Counted from the stretch's first letter, positions 1 through 13,429 are shown. The stretch is 64,000 nt of DNA from Octopus sinensis (GCF_006345805.1 NC_043015.1:44578001-44642000), one strand, 5' to 3'. The notes: generated by a model not told the origin, from the sequence alone. Numbers and translations are program-made.

Positions 1-2047
1 TCACAGTGAGACAAAAGTAAACATTCTTGTAGGTCTCCAATAGACTAGCATGCCCTACTTTCTGACTTATTGCACGTTATATCTTCCATATTCTGCAGGA
101 ATAATATTTTAATATATTTACTCTCTGTATTGCTGTATGTTATGTATGCTCGTCTGGGTTATATATCTTAGAGATGAATCAAATAGCTTTAATCAATACT
201 ATCAGATGTATATATATTTGTTTGTACATCTGTTTGTATCCGTGCCTGTCCGCCGGAGATTTGGCAGGAGCGACAACTCAGTAGTCTACGTATATAGCTT
301 ACGTAACACCGACTTGTTTAAAGTTTGATTTCAAAGATCAGTGGTCGATAATTATCTTAACGAATTCCATCATTTCTCTACGTTTTAGTATTTTCCCTGC
401 CAGTAAATAGATATGTCTGCGTATTTCTTTGCAGATGCATTACTATTTGTTTATGAATAAGCCAATAGATAACAACTTGCGTCTATACTTCGCAGGTTCC
501 CTGTGACTTTTTGAGAAGACGAATGGAATGCCATTGGTTTACCATTATGTCGAATACAAACAAACTCTAAATCTTGCAACATAGTAAATTTTATTGATGG
601 TAGCCATATATTGCTCTCGTCCAGTTGCTTGCATGTAATAGCTACCAACCACGGGGAGTTACAATATATACCCCTGTGACATAGGAGGTTTTAACCATCG
701 TCTTAAATCTCCGGTTCAATATTCATGACCAGGACCAGGGAACCACACAACGATATTTGCCCCTTGTGTCAGCGTTTGCGTGTATGTGAGTTACGATTTA
801 TAGGTCTGAGTGTGCGTACGGTAGGGCGTGTATATCTGAATGTATATTATGTATGTGTGTGCTAACTCGTTAATGCTAATGAATGTTAATGCTAAATATG
901 TGTGTGAGCTTTGGTTATTGAATCTTTGACGTAATGATTGGAGTAAATCACGTTAGAGATTAAGACATTTTGCTGCATTTAATAACATTGAAAATGATTT
1001 TGCTTCAAGTATTTACGTAAAAATACTACTTCGGTTGCTGTAATATGTTTCCATTGACAAAGAAAATAAATGATTAAATGTTTATTTCAAAGGCTTTGAA
1101 TGTTAATGTAAAATTATTTTCCGACATTCAATATAATGCAAAAAAAAAAAAAAAACGAAAAAGAAAATTAAAAAGAAAATAAATCTATGAGAGAAATAAA
1201 TAAAAGGAAAACTATTCAATTTGTTACTCTATTTTAAACATTTTCATCTTTGTTTGTCAATTACAGATTTGCCATTTTTTTCTGTCCCTAGCGATAATAT
1301 ATTTTTTCTCTTCTCCATTTCTTACATATCATTTTGCTGTTTTCGATTATATTTTAATGCTAAACTTTGTGAAAGTTCTGGTTGAAGTTATGATAAAATT
1401 TGAGATTGTTTCTATTATTGCTGAAGCTATAATATCAATGCACTGAGAATTTCGCCATGAAAAAAGTAACTATATCATATTCACGTTCGGTAGTTGTTTT
1501 ACCATATACACAACACTCAAGATTTATTGGTAACATTAGGAAAACATTTACAACATTATGCCAGTATTCGATTGTTTTCTACCTTCTTTGTTTTGTAAAA
1601 TCATTTTGGCATTGGATAAAGACATCTTAACGTATTCCAATAATCAAATTTCGGCATCGTTGTGACAGTTAAGTATTTTTCTCTTTACAAATACAAAAAA
1701 TACAAGAATATTTTTGGGTGATTTCAACTAAAAGAGACGGATATGAGGAATAGTCGTCATATTAAAATAGTTTCATTGAAAATGTATAACAAATACTTTA
1801 TGAAGTATGCTATGTAGGGTTCTAGAAAATTTCATCGTCCTTTCATGTAATGTCTCCGGGGGTTCGAATATCTCGTTGACAATAATGTTATGACGATGTT
1901 GGGGCGTACACAAGGGAGTAGAATAGTATTACCCCGCAAAATATTCAGATATGGTTATCTAGAATAACCTTTTGCAGAATTAATATGTTCACACAGAACG
2001 TGTTCCGTATTACATCAAACATAGGTACGATATTCTTTTCTACTATA

Positions 2048-2154
2048 GGCGCAAGGCCCGAAAATTTGGGGTAGGGGGCCAGTCGATTATATCGACCCCA
2101 GTACGAAAGTTGTATTTAATTCATCGACCCCGAAAGGATGAAAGGAAAAGTCGA
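2048..2154 (-). mobile_element. tRNA-derived SINE family B, partial
   Basis: Reverse complement of the family-B body (TCGACTTTTCCTTTCATCCTTTCGGGGTCGAT...CTGGGGTCGATATAATCGACT) also seen at 21890, 34515 and 43490. Confidence 0.7.
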
Positions 2155-2177
2155 GGGTTACAAAATTAACTCAGGTG

Positions 2178-2330
2178 ATAGGAAAATAAACCTTCTTCCA
2201 CGAAAAAATAGCTTAAACTGTGCTGTAAGTGGAGGTGTAGTCAAATCCTATTTTATGGACTCTACCATGTTCTAAAATAAGTCGAAAAGTAGGCTACTAT
2301 AAATTGGCACGAACTTACCGGACAACCCAA
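2178..2330 (-). mobile_element. Mariner left-end fragment (TIR plus ~120 bp)
   Basis: AAATTGGCACGAACTTACCGGACAACCCAA followed by TA; reverse complement aligns with 62489-62640 of the mariner at the window end. Confidence 0.85.
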
Positions 2331-3494
2331 TATATCTTACTGAAATTCATCAGTTCCTTTTTGATCTCATGTGTGTGGTCAGGATCTTTCCACATTTCAC
2401 AAACTATCGAACCATTGAGATAATTTTTCATTTCATCAACTTAATCAGAACTATCCCTAATTGGTAGTCAGTTTTGTAATTCTTTTATATTTACATATGA
2501 ATGGCATGATACAAGGCGTTGAGCCTAGCTTAAACAACTACAACTTGCAATAAAATTCATCTTTACTACTCTATACTCATCCAGAATTTGTTCGTGGCTT
2601 ATGTATTATTAAGATAGGAGCCATTCAATAAATATTTTTCACTGCACTAAGCTGTACGAAATTCAATATTTTCTGTTTCATATACCGTAATTGTTACACT
2701 ACAATGCATAAACTCATATATGCAATAAACTAATATGAAATTTTATGCCTTGTGTATTATTATATTTAAAAATTTCCGGTGTATATAAATGCAAAATATT
2801 TTCATTGAAAAAAGTGAAGTGACCTACAGAAAGTTCTCATAAGGCGATGTACTTTAGATCAGTGATGCATAACTTCTTGGTCCATGATAGTTTTGTACGA
2901 AATCCTTTTCCACCAAAAGCCAGCTATAGAAAACCAGAAATCAATGTTCAAGCACAAATTTAATTAAAGCTAAATAAAATAAAATAAAAAACACAAAACT
3001 AATAAGGAACATGCTCAACGGTTTTCTTCCTGGTATTGTGTGGATGACTTTCCAAACAACCTTAACCTAAATATGCAAATGCTGTAATAAACCAGAAAAA
3101 TATTTTTTCGCTCTTGCCTTTACCATTGACCCATCTCGTACAACACTCCTTTATACAACCCTATCTGCGCTCAGACCCACAACTTTTGAATATTAATGGA
3201 AATATATAAACGTAATTTATTCCACACAGAAAATATTACTGCATGAAGAAGGTGGCGAAACAGCCGTAATCCTAAAGGCGTCAAGAGGTTAAACAACTAT
3301 ACTTATCTGGTAGACCTGCTAATTTTAAGTATATGCATGTTTTTCGTTTTATGAATGAGGCAATAATTGTCATTCTACATGGCCTCATCTTTTGTCCCAA
3401 TATGCGAAATTGAGGGTAAATGCTTTCTATTACATACCTAGGACAGCAAATTTGGCAAGCGGAAACCGTGTGGAAGCTTGTAGTATATATATCT

Positions 3495-3710
3495 ATATGT
3501 ATATGGTTAATCCAAACAAGAAAGCACAAAAAAAAACACAACAACGCGAGGACGTGGAACAATTATAGTATTTTTGGACGCTCAGGACAGAAGGAAAGAA
3601 GGAGGGTTTAACGTCTCGAGCGGAACTCTTCGTCGGAAACATAGGAGAAGGAAATATCCAGAGAAGGGAAGACAGAGGAAAAAAAATCGCTAACGGTACA
3701 CACGCGGTCA
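3495..3710 (-). mobile_element. Penelope-like terminal-repeat remnant with degenerate hammerhead
   Basis: Reverse complement of 33960-34170. Motif at 3606-3640 reads GTTT-CCGACGA-A-GAGT-TCC-GCTC-GAG-ACGT-T-AAAC on the minus strand. Confidence 0.7.
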
Positions 3711-3722
3711 CATTTTGAAAAT

Positions 3723-3759
<37 letters not shown>

Positions 3760-4159
3760 GTGTTTGTCTGTAACTGATTGATAACTGGTGTGGGATAGTT
3801 AGAATACATAAAAATGTGTCCATTTAATACGAATTCCGATTCCCAGCTTATATAGTATTTTTTTTCGAAACTTTTGCGCAACACCCAAAACAGAAATCCT
3901 GGATCACCCATCCCACCTGGAATCGATTCATCGAACTACAAGCACAAATGTTAATTGATATGAGGACTGAAACATTTACCAAGTAGCTATCTTATGCTCA
4001 ATGAGGCGAGTATATACCAATGAGATTTTTCAGCATGGTAGGAAATAATCTTAAATACATGTAAATTTACAAGCCTTGATATACGTGTATATAGAAATGT
4101 TTATATATGTATGTGTATATAATTGTGTCTATACTAATCTAAAACACACACACACTCAT

Positions 4160-4415
4160 GTGTATATGTATGAGATGTTGAGTTTGATTGCCGGACCGGG
4201 CTGTGTGTTGCGTTCTTCAGCAAGACACTTCATTTCATATAACTCCAGTTCACTCAGATTTAGAAATGATTTGTGACGCCACTGATGCCAATTTACATTG
4301 GCAAACGCCTTTCTCTTGGAGAACATCACTGGCATGAAGGGAGAAGACTGTTGCGCATGAGAGGCTGATGGTCTTCTATGAAAAAACTTTGCCCAGACTT
4401 GTGCCTCGGTGGCAC
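4160..4415 (+). mobile_element. SINE family D, degenerate
   Basis: Aligns by eye with 60827-61166 (CCGGACCGGGCTG..GTGTTG..TTC..AGCAAGACACTT...CTTGCC.GACTTGTGCCTCGG). Confidence 0.7.
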
Positions 4416-4800
4416 ATATATGTATGTATGTATGTATGTGTGTGTGTATATATGTATGTATGTATGATGTATGTATGTATGTATGTATGTATGTGTGTAT
4501 GTATGTATGTATGTATGTATGTATGTATGTGTGTGTGTATGTGTGCGTGTATGTATGTATGTATGTATAGTTCCAGGTTCAGTTCCACTGTATGTCAACT
4601 TGGGCAAGTATCTTCAACTATAGCCATGAGCCCACCAAATCCTTGTGAGTGGATTTGGAAATTGGAAGAAGCCAGGGAAGCTGGAAGAAGCCCGTGCTAT
4701 ATATATGCATGCGTGAGTTTGTGTTTTGTGCTTCTGTGTGCGTGTGTTTGTGTGTGTGTGTCAATAGGCATAAATTTGTGTTTGTGTGTATATTAATGCC
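4415..4800 (+). repeat. (TATG)n microsatellite followed by a decayed family-A SINE fragment
   Basis: Long TATG run, then GTTCCAGGTTCAGTTCCACTG...TTGGGCAAGT...TTGTGAGTGGATTTGG...GAAGAAGCCCGT, as in family A. Confidence 0.65.
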
Positions 4801-4924
4801 GGCATATGAGCGCATGCATTGATGTGCATATATATTTGTGTGTATAATCCTACATACATAAAGACACATACAGACACACAGAGATAACTACACGTATAAA
4901 TGTACATATATGTGTGTATATATC

Positions 4925-5030
4925 ACGACCAGGCAATCAGATGTTGCTACACATCGCTGGTCACAATGCGCTTCGCATTGATTTAACCTTCAAATGACGC
5001 CATCCCGCTGGCTAAGCGAGCAGGCCAGTG
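4925..5030 (-). mobile_element. SINE family C 3' portion
   Basis: CAGATGTTGCTACACATCGCTGGTCACAATGCG...CCCGCTGGCTAAGCGAGCAGGC matches 49880-49980. Confidence 0.8.
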
Positions 5031-5039
5031 TATATATAT

Positions 5040-5082
<43 letters not shown>

Positions 5083-5140
5083 TATATATATATAGTGAGA
5101 CAGAGACAGACAAAGAGGAAGAGTGAGAGAAACCGAAAAG

Positions 5141-5171
<31 letters not shown>

Positions 5172-6490
5172 TAGTTAGATAGATAAATGGACAAATAGGT
5201 ATATGCTGTTTCCCCTCTTCTTCACACTTAATTGCAATGGATAAATCCTTCACTAAGACACCAGACACGTCAATTGGCTGAGCAAGAAACGAACCGGAAT
5301 GAGAGGAAATCGAGAAAGACATTAGCTGAAGACGCATTATCTCTGACTGGCATTGATTCAATCAGCAACAAAGCTTATAGTCTTCTGCTCTAATACTACA
5401 TCAAGCTGTAGTGGTTATCAATTACCACACCTAGTAATATTAACATTAGTCTTAGTGTTTCATTTATTTGCCCGGTGTCGATATATACACGAGTGTTCAT
5501 TTGCCTCAATCTTTCATTTTATATATATATATCTCCTCTACCGCCATTTTTGTCCTCTTTCCTCTTCGGTCGCTTTCAGATTCACTATTAAAATGATTTT
5601 AGACACGACACTATTGATATTTACTTAAGCGTTAACTTGATTTGCAATGGCGATCTGAGTGCGTTCAACGCCACGTCAAGCCATTTTCCTTTATAACTTC
5701 AACCTCCTGGACAGTCATTCAAGCTTGCATTTACTTCGTAATTTTATTCGGAATTCTATTGATCAGTCCAGCAAATGGCATTGTCACCGTGTGTGTGTGT
5801 GCATGATTGTGTGTGTGTTTGAGTTTATGTGGGTGTGTATTCATATATGTTCCTTCGTGTTCATTTGTGTGTGAATGATATAGTAATACATAGACTCAGT
5901 CCTACCATGAAAACTAGGCTCTATGGCGGGACAAAGATGTCTGTGGTTTTTTGTGGTTTTTATGTAGGCATATGTGGCTCTGTGTGTGAAGATGACTCTC
6001 CGTCTCTGACTCTCTCTATCTGCCTATCTCGTTCTCTCTCCCTCTTTATATTTTTATATTTTGGGGACCAGGAATGAGAAAAAGACAATCATCTAAATAT
6101 GGATCAAAACCAAACTATGACATGTATCAATGATTTTGCTATGTTCTGTGTAATCGTTACAAAATATAACCATTGACTCACTATGGCAAAATAGGTACAT
6201 AGCAAAATAGGTACATAAGTGATTTGATTTAACACAGTTAAAAACGCAGTAACTTTACACAGCAGTGCAAGAAAGGGTAACATACATACGCACCTAATAT
6301 ACATAGAAGCGATATATCAATGATTGCATATTATATGTATGTATGCGCGCTCATACTTTCATCTTTTTGAACAAGGATGAATGCAATACTAATGTCTTTT
6401 AACGGAAAATAATAGTAGGTATCAGCTGGTTCTGACTGTTTTCAAATTAATTCTTATGATTATTCTCTAGCTTTCCCTTGTGCATGCATG

Positions 6491-6528
<38 letters not shown>

Positions 6529-6555
6529 ATATGTATGTATGTATGTATATACATA

Positions 6556-6608
<53 letters not shown>

Positions 6609-7059
6609 GCATATGTGTGCTTGAATATATGTGCATATATGTATATATATATACATATGTATATATACATACGCATATATATACATATATACATATATAT
6701 ATACATATATATATATATACACACACCCATGAATATATATGCGTGTGTATGTGTTTATGTGTGTGTGTGCGTGTGTGGCACGAAATTGTTAGGACATCTT
6801 GGGTGTTGAATAATGAAGAATTATCTACGAATTTTCCGTTTGTTGTACTTTTGTTAACTTTTTGAAATATTATTCATGTAATGCTACATACTCCTTATTA
6901 TTTTGTTTGCTTTACTCATTTCTAAAATATTCTCGGAATATGTTTCGTGCGACTTCTGTTTCCATTTCTTCCTCTTTCTTCGACTCTCTTTTGCTTTCCT
7001 CCATCTCATTTTCTCTCTCTTTCCGTCCCTAATACTTTCCTCTGTTACTTTTGTCTCTC

Positions 7060-7195
7060 TATCCTCCACGACATTTTCTCTCCTCTCACTACCACGTGAA
7101 CCGTGACCTTGCTCATCTTTTTTCGCGTAACCGTTAACCAGGTCGTTTGCGCTGCCCTGTACTCCTACAATTTACTTACAAAATTTGCTTATTTC
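7060..7195 (+). repeat. Dispersed ~135-bp repeat (second copy 9345-9480)
   Basis: CCTCCACGACA.TTTCTCTCCT.TCACTACC.CGTGAACCGTGACCTTGCTCATCTTTTT...CTCCTACAATTTACTTACAAAATTT occurs at both sites. Confidence 0.8.
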
Positions 7196-7506
7196 TACCT
7201 TCGTTCTGACTTTCTCTCTCCCCTTCTCTCGTCTCCAGTCCTACGTTTTCCTTGCACTACTCCATATCCGTTAGTACTATGACCACATGGTATTTTTTGT
7301 TGGATATGTATCATTAATATACTTATTTTATTTTATCGTGTTTGTTTTCGTTATAATCCTGTACGTTTGCAACGCCACCAAAAGTGAAGAATATCAACTT
7401 TAAAGGCGCAAAAATATATATGGATATATTGGAGGTTGACTGTTGAGGAATTAGCAACGAATTTTCTGTTTGTTATGTCTTTGTAAAATTCGATATATAT
7501 ATAAAT

Positions 7507-7795
7507 ATATCTGTAAATATAATATGTGACAATTATTCGGTAGCCAAGATAAAACTCTGAGGTTCGGATACCGAGGTGGAAATCCACACCACCATCTCTT
7601 CAGGTATCTGGCTATCTGAAAAACGCTATGTTATAACACAGTAATTTCCCTTTGTATAACGGCCTTTTTTCATAGCGTTTTTCAGATGGCCAAATAACTG
7701 AAGAGATGGTGGTGTGGATTTCCACCTCGGCATCCGAAACTCAGAGTTTTATCTTGGCTACCGAATAATTGTCACATATATATTTACAGATAAAT
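7507..7795. mobile_element. Inverted pair of hammerhead-bearing Penelope-like repeats
   Basis: Arms 7507-7630 and 7671-7795 are reverse complements around a 40-bp spacer. Confidence 0.8.
7694..7752 (+). ncRNA. Type I hammerhead ribozyme motif
   Basis: Stem I ATAA/TTAT (extendable GGCCAA/TTGGCT); core CTGAAGA 7698-7704; stem II GATG/CATC with inner GTGG/CCAC; one extra C; GAA; stem III ACTC-A-GAGT; GUU cleavage triplet. Confidence 0.7.
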
Positions 7796-7856
7796 TCCTC
7801 TATTTACATAATATTGAGGTATCTTCTTTTCTTTTGTTAACTTACCGTTTTTACCA

Positions 7857-7912
<56 letters not shown>

Positions 7913-8919
7913 CAAACACACACATATTTAAGTAACTACATATATGAATGAGTGTGTGTGTTTGTGTGTGTGTGTGTGTGTGATAATTAATATGGTGCAC
8001 GCAGGACAAAAAGAACCCAAAATAGTGACGTCGTTACCCCTTCTTAATATGTTCTGCTTGAGGCAGATTTGAACGTGTATAGCTGATCGCTGCTGTTTTT
8101 CGTCGACGCGATCATTAGCTATTACGTGCTGATAACATACACGATTAAAAAGTGTAAGGGAACTTCGAGGCACTGCGTGTCTCATCTGTGCAAGCTACGT
8201 CGCCAGACATATGAGATTAACAATAGCTCGAGAACTTGTTTGCCGTAATCATGTCAGATAGGAACGCGTTCCGTTTGAATTATAGAAAAACTGCTGCAAC
8301 CGATCAGATATCAATTAACGTTTGGATTTACCCGAACATATTAGGATTGAATAGGTGCATTATTGTTTGGATTTTGAATGTTCTGCACGTATGCCATGAA
8401 ATATTTTCTGTTTGGCAAACTTCAGCACGTACCAGCGAATTATTTGTTACCTCATTTGTATAAATAAGACTTCATATGTTCAGGGAGATAATATTAGGTG
8501 AGGCGACACTCGATGATCCTGAAACCTCGCGGTGTCTTGAGGTTTACTTGCATTATCGAATCGCATGTGTTATGAATATACAACAATATCTTGAAGAGCG
8601 AATTACTCTCTCTTCACGAAAGCCAACGATCATACGTTCCCTTTCGAATCTGTCAGAAGAGAATCAGAATGAATACACACGTTGTTTGCTGGAACGCTGG
8701 TGCTATGATACGTGCAGTTGTTATTTATATTAAAAATAATATATCTTATATGAGGTGAGACATATTTACAATGTGTGTCCATCACAGAAACCGATGTCCT
8801 TCAAGTGCATCATACATTTGCCAAGGCTCGTCTTTGGATATATTCTGTGAGTTGCTAAAGTGATTTTCACAAAAATAATAATACTGAATTTCGTTTTTGG
8901 ATTTGGTTTGCAAGATTCT

Positions 8920-9050
8920 TTATGTGAGTTCGTGTGTTGAAGCATGTTCTGTCGTGTCTGGGGAGAGTCATGTTCTTATTGTGCCTTATTATGTAACACA
9001 CTCACCGGTAAAAATCTCCACCTTTTTCTTATTTTTATTTTCCCCAAAAT
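8920..9050 (+). repeat. Dispersed repeat (copies 9245-9340 and 27225-27330)
   Basis: GTGTCTGGGGAGAGTCAT.TTCTTATTGTGCCTTATTAT.TAACACACTCACCGGTAAAA recurs. Confidence 0.75.
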
Positions 9051-9152
9051 TTTCGTTGCGTCTTGCAACCTTTTGAATAGTTTTGACTCTGTCCGTTATT
9101 TACACTGCATTCCCTTTGCATTCCCTTGCTTGTGCGCATGTGTGTGGGTCGG

Positions 9153-9195
<43 letters not shown>

Positions 9196-10842
9196 CCATA
9201 CATGCATGAAAATAAAGATATAATACTGAAATTTCCCTAATATTTCTGTTGTGTCTGGGGAGAGTCATTTTCTTATTGTGCCTTATTATTTAACACACTC
9301 ACCGGTAAAATCTCCACTTTTTTCTTATTTTTATTTTCCTAAAATTTTCTCTACCCTCCACGACAATTTCTCTCCTTTCACTACCTCGTGAACCGTGACC
9401 TTGCTCATCTTTTTACGCTTAACCTTGGACCAGGTCTCGGTTGCGCTACCCTGTGCTCCTACAATTTACTTACAAAATTTACATAGTCTTTACACAAACA
9501 TCAGTTTTTGGTCAAACATTGTTTACACAAATATATCTAATTTTGACAGAACCATCAGTGTTTTATGTTTTTACTTCTTCTGCTGGTGGACTCTTCCTGA
9601 TAACGGAGCACCATAAATACAAAACAATCTAGGCATAGGTGTATTCGTTCTGGACATGTTTCAATATATTTCTCATAGAAATTAATACGATACTAATTGC
9701 TTTTCGTCATAAATCAGTTTTACTTTCATGATTCTCAAAATAATATGTGATTTGGCTGTGTGCCATATTTTCGTCATTCTACGTCTCCCCGAAGACATTT
9801 CTTCAGCTTCACACGTAGCCTTATCACGATTGATCACAGGGCTGGATGATTTCAATCTTTTTATGATCTTACCTGGCTTGGTATGTAAGCTGTCGACAGT
9901 TTTATCGTTTATGTATCCATCATGGTAATAAATAACATTATCAATGTCGCTTCCAAACACCTCCAGATTTCAGTTGCTATCTGAAAGCGCGTCAGCTTTC
10001 TTGATTCTACGATGAAGACACATAAGAGAGACATTGGTGTAGTATTTGCATTAGTAATATTTCTTGCTTCAGACGACATTTCTCTCTGGTGGTATGTCTC
10101 TTTGACATTTAAATTAGCCAAATACTTCGTGATAGAAATATTATGAAATATTGATTCAGTATTTCAAGTCGTTTAAGCATCTGAACAAACGTTGGCGTTT
10201 ACATCTGTTTTATAAACTTCGTCTATTCAAGGAAAACTCCACTTATATTCACCGTTGAGAATGACGTCTAAAAGAGATAAGTTTATTAGTCTATTCAGCT
10301 TCAATATTACAAATATTTTATAGATAGGTTACTTTGCTTTCCCCTCAAAACAACTTGGCTTTCATAACGTTCGATAATAATGTGAGTTTTAGATGCCCTT
10401 GACATCTCAATGTTTACAGAAATTTCAATCTAACGATATAATGTTTACTGTTCAGCTTACATTACATCCTCAACTAAAGATGAAGGTTTTTTTTTTATTC
10501 TACATTCCTTAACAGTACTACTCAACATCTTAAAATTAAGATCTCATGAATTTCCATCAACGCATAAACTATTCAAAATTTTAATGCATTCTCGATTACA
10601 TTAATTTAGCTTGATTTTTAAAAAATAATTTATTAATTTTCGTTTATTACCATCAGTCAGTTTCTGAAGTACTAAATACAGAATATTAACATTGTTGAAA
10701 TGATAACATTGTTGAAATCTTAATTGGCAATTGGCGGCATTCAGGCCGCCTTAAAATATACATACAGAATCTCCATTTTCAATTGCGTCGTTTCCTCCGA
10801 TATTTTTTAGATTTAATCATGTATATGTGTGTATGTGTGTTT

Positions 10843-10893
<51 letters not shown>

Positions 10894-11565
10894 CGTCTGT
10901 ATGTAATTATGCATGTAATCGTTGATCGTTATATCATTAAGCATATTCTGATTACCAGGCTATACCTGAACGGTTAAAAAGTTCGTGAGAGAGCACGAGA
11001 GCAAGCAAGGTGAGAATTACTAGCCACGAGGAAATTAACATATTTGTTTACTGCAACATATTCAGGCTTAGAACAAAACACCATCAAAAGATTCAGACAA
11101 CATTCGAAGCAACGTAACTTAAATCTGACTGTCTAACATTTTAATTTATCTGTACATCGTAATTTTAGTTTAATTCTTATTCCTATTAGGAGTCTTTACG
11201 TATCTGTATTAATTAAACTTTTCCTATTTCACCCACCCTCTTATATGTGTGTTTTTTGTGTCTGTCTGTGTGTGTCTGTGTCATTGCGAGAGAGAGAGAG
11301 GGGGAGAGAAAGGGTGAGAGAGAGAGAGGGAGAGAGAGAAAAAAGAGAGAGTTCTAATCTCTTTTATGAATTATACATGTTGTTTACACATATATAACAA
11401 TCTCTATATAAAGTTGTATTCTATTTTAAAATTTCAATCTCAGACGCGCTTTTACACGGACATTGGTAGACACATAGAAACAGTTCTGCTCATATACACT
11501 CTACATCTACAGACATATATACATACATACACAGACACACACACATATATATATATATATGCATA

Positions 11566-11618
<53 letters not shown>

Positions 11619-11899
11619 ATATACGTATGTATTTATATGTATATATAGAAGCATACATAAAAAGTAAGACCAATGTACGCACAGACGTTACAGCATTATA
11701 AAATCACCCTCTCACACACACATATACATACGAAGACATACAATCACAAACACAATCATACACACATAGGTCACACAACCATAAGGAAGCATACAAAGCC
11801 ATACAGGTGCACACAACTCTTAAAATATTTAGTGTACTATTGCACATCCCAAACGTGAATGCACATAAACATACAAAATGTGTACATCCTTCTCTATGT

Positions 11900-11922
11900 A
11901 TGTATACATGTATGTATATATG

Positions 11923-11956
<34 letters not shown>

Positions 11957-11993
11957 TAGATATATAGATAGATAGATAGATAGATAGATAGAC

Positions 11994-12074
<81 letters not shown>

Positions 12075-12090
12075 CAGACATATGTATGTA
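11900..12090. repeat. (TA)n/(TAGA)n compound microsatellite
   Basis: Directly visible. Confidence 0.95.
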
Positions 12091-12288
12091 TGCAAATGAA
12101 AGTGAAACCGTTGATATGGTAGTTGTTTTCAACATCATCTTATATCTTCCATTGAATTTCATTCGACCGTAACTTGAATGTGAGTTTATATATACTTCAC
12201 TGCTTGGAGACGAGACAAAGAATTGTCTGAGACACACTCAAAAACAAAAAACTTACATACATACTCGTATATATGTATATGCATATAT

Positions 12289-12345
<57 letters not shown>

Positions 12346-12880
12346 CTAAATGCCTTGCATAACAACCAGTCACAATATTCGTTGCTGACATATCAGTTAT
12401 ATTTACACGTCTCAATACACACATATCGATGGATGCGTATAAATAAACGCATCCATGCTTATTCTATATATAAACATGAACCATGGTGATTTAGCAAACG
12501 AATGGATGATATCTAAGGAATAGTTGATTGCATCAAGAATTTTAAAATAGGTTCTTAGTTTTAATCTTTGTCCACAGCCAATCGTTGTTGTTCGATTTTC
12601 TTATTTTTTCTTTTTGTTTTTCAATTTATATTTTCAGTTCATTTCTTATTAATTATTACAGAACTTACTCCCCAGAAAAATAGAAGAGTTCATGGTAATT
12701 TTTGTTTTTTTGTTTTGGCATCATAATGAATTTTACTTAGTTTGCGACGATGAATGTACCAGTTATTCGATTAATGAAACAAAATGTTTTAATGAGCACC
12801 TTAATGTTAAATACGCTTGAAGTTAGGTTTTCACACGAACCTGCCGAAACAGGCTTCCCTGCAGCCGCCAGGAGACTTAC

Positions 12881-12910
12881 TTGGGAGCCCGTTGAGGAAG
12901 ACGAAGAATA
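12881..12910 (-). other. Candidate 30-nt microexon of an unidentified minus-strand gene
   Basis: Minus strand reads TTTTGCAG|TATTCTTCGTCTTCCTCAACGGGCTCCCAA|GTAAGT; length divisible by 3; all three frames open; no AG for >120 nt upstream. Confidence 0.35.
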
Positions 12911-13429
12911 CTGCAAAATATATTTTTGTAATTTGTAATTGTAATTTTTGAATTTTTGTGATTATAATTTTGATTTATATTGATTTAAATTAAACAGTGA
13001 TTAAGCGGGGTTTTCGGTCGACGGACGCCGGTGCCCCTCCCATATTTTCCATCTTTGTCGTTTTCATACACATTGATGTCTCTGTCCAGCCCGCAGCTAC
13101 CTTTATCTGTGGTCGACCTTCATGGTCAATTCGATGAAATAAAGGTAGGCTTAACAATCTGGAGTCCTGCCCAACGTATCTTCTATATTTTATCTTTTAG
13201 TTGTTTCCTTCATTTCATTAGGCACCACCTTGTAAGTTTTAAGTTGACCGAATATACCTCAGAACACATTTTTTTATTTATTAAATCCTGGTACTTATGT
13301 TATCCCTATTTTTTTTTGCCGAACAGTTAGGTTACTGAGACACAAACAAACCCAAACCGGTTGTCAAGGGATGCCAGGGGGCAAATGTAAACAGCTATAG
13401 CTCTCTATTTATCTATTCTTTCTTTTACA

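Noticed and set aside
5541-5552. YY1/start-like AAAAATGGCGG on the minus strand
   Set aside because: The frame runs straight into (TA)n and stops; no good donor or other promoter evidence.
8476-8733. 85-aa ORF in a CpG-richer unique region
   Set aside because: No recognisable domain or splice support; length is within chance expectation.
10959-11009. 51-nt plus-strand AG...GTGAGA exon-like segment
   Set aside because: Stop codons in all three frames.
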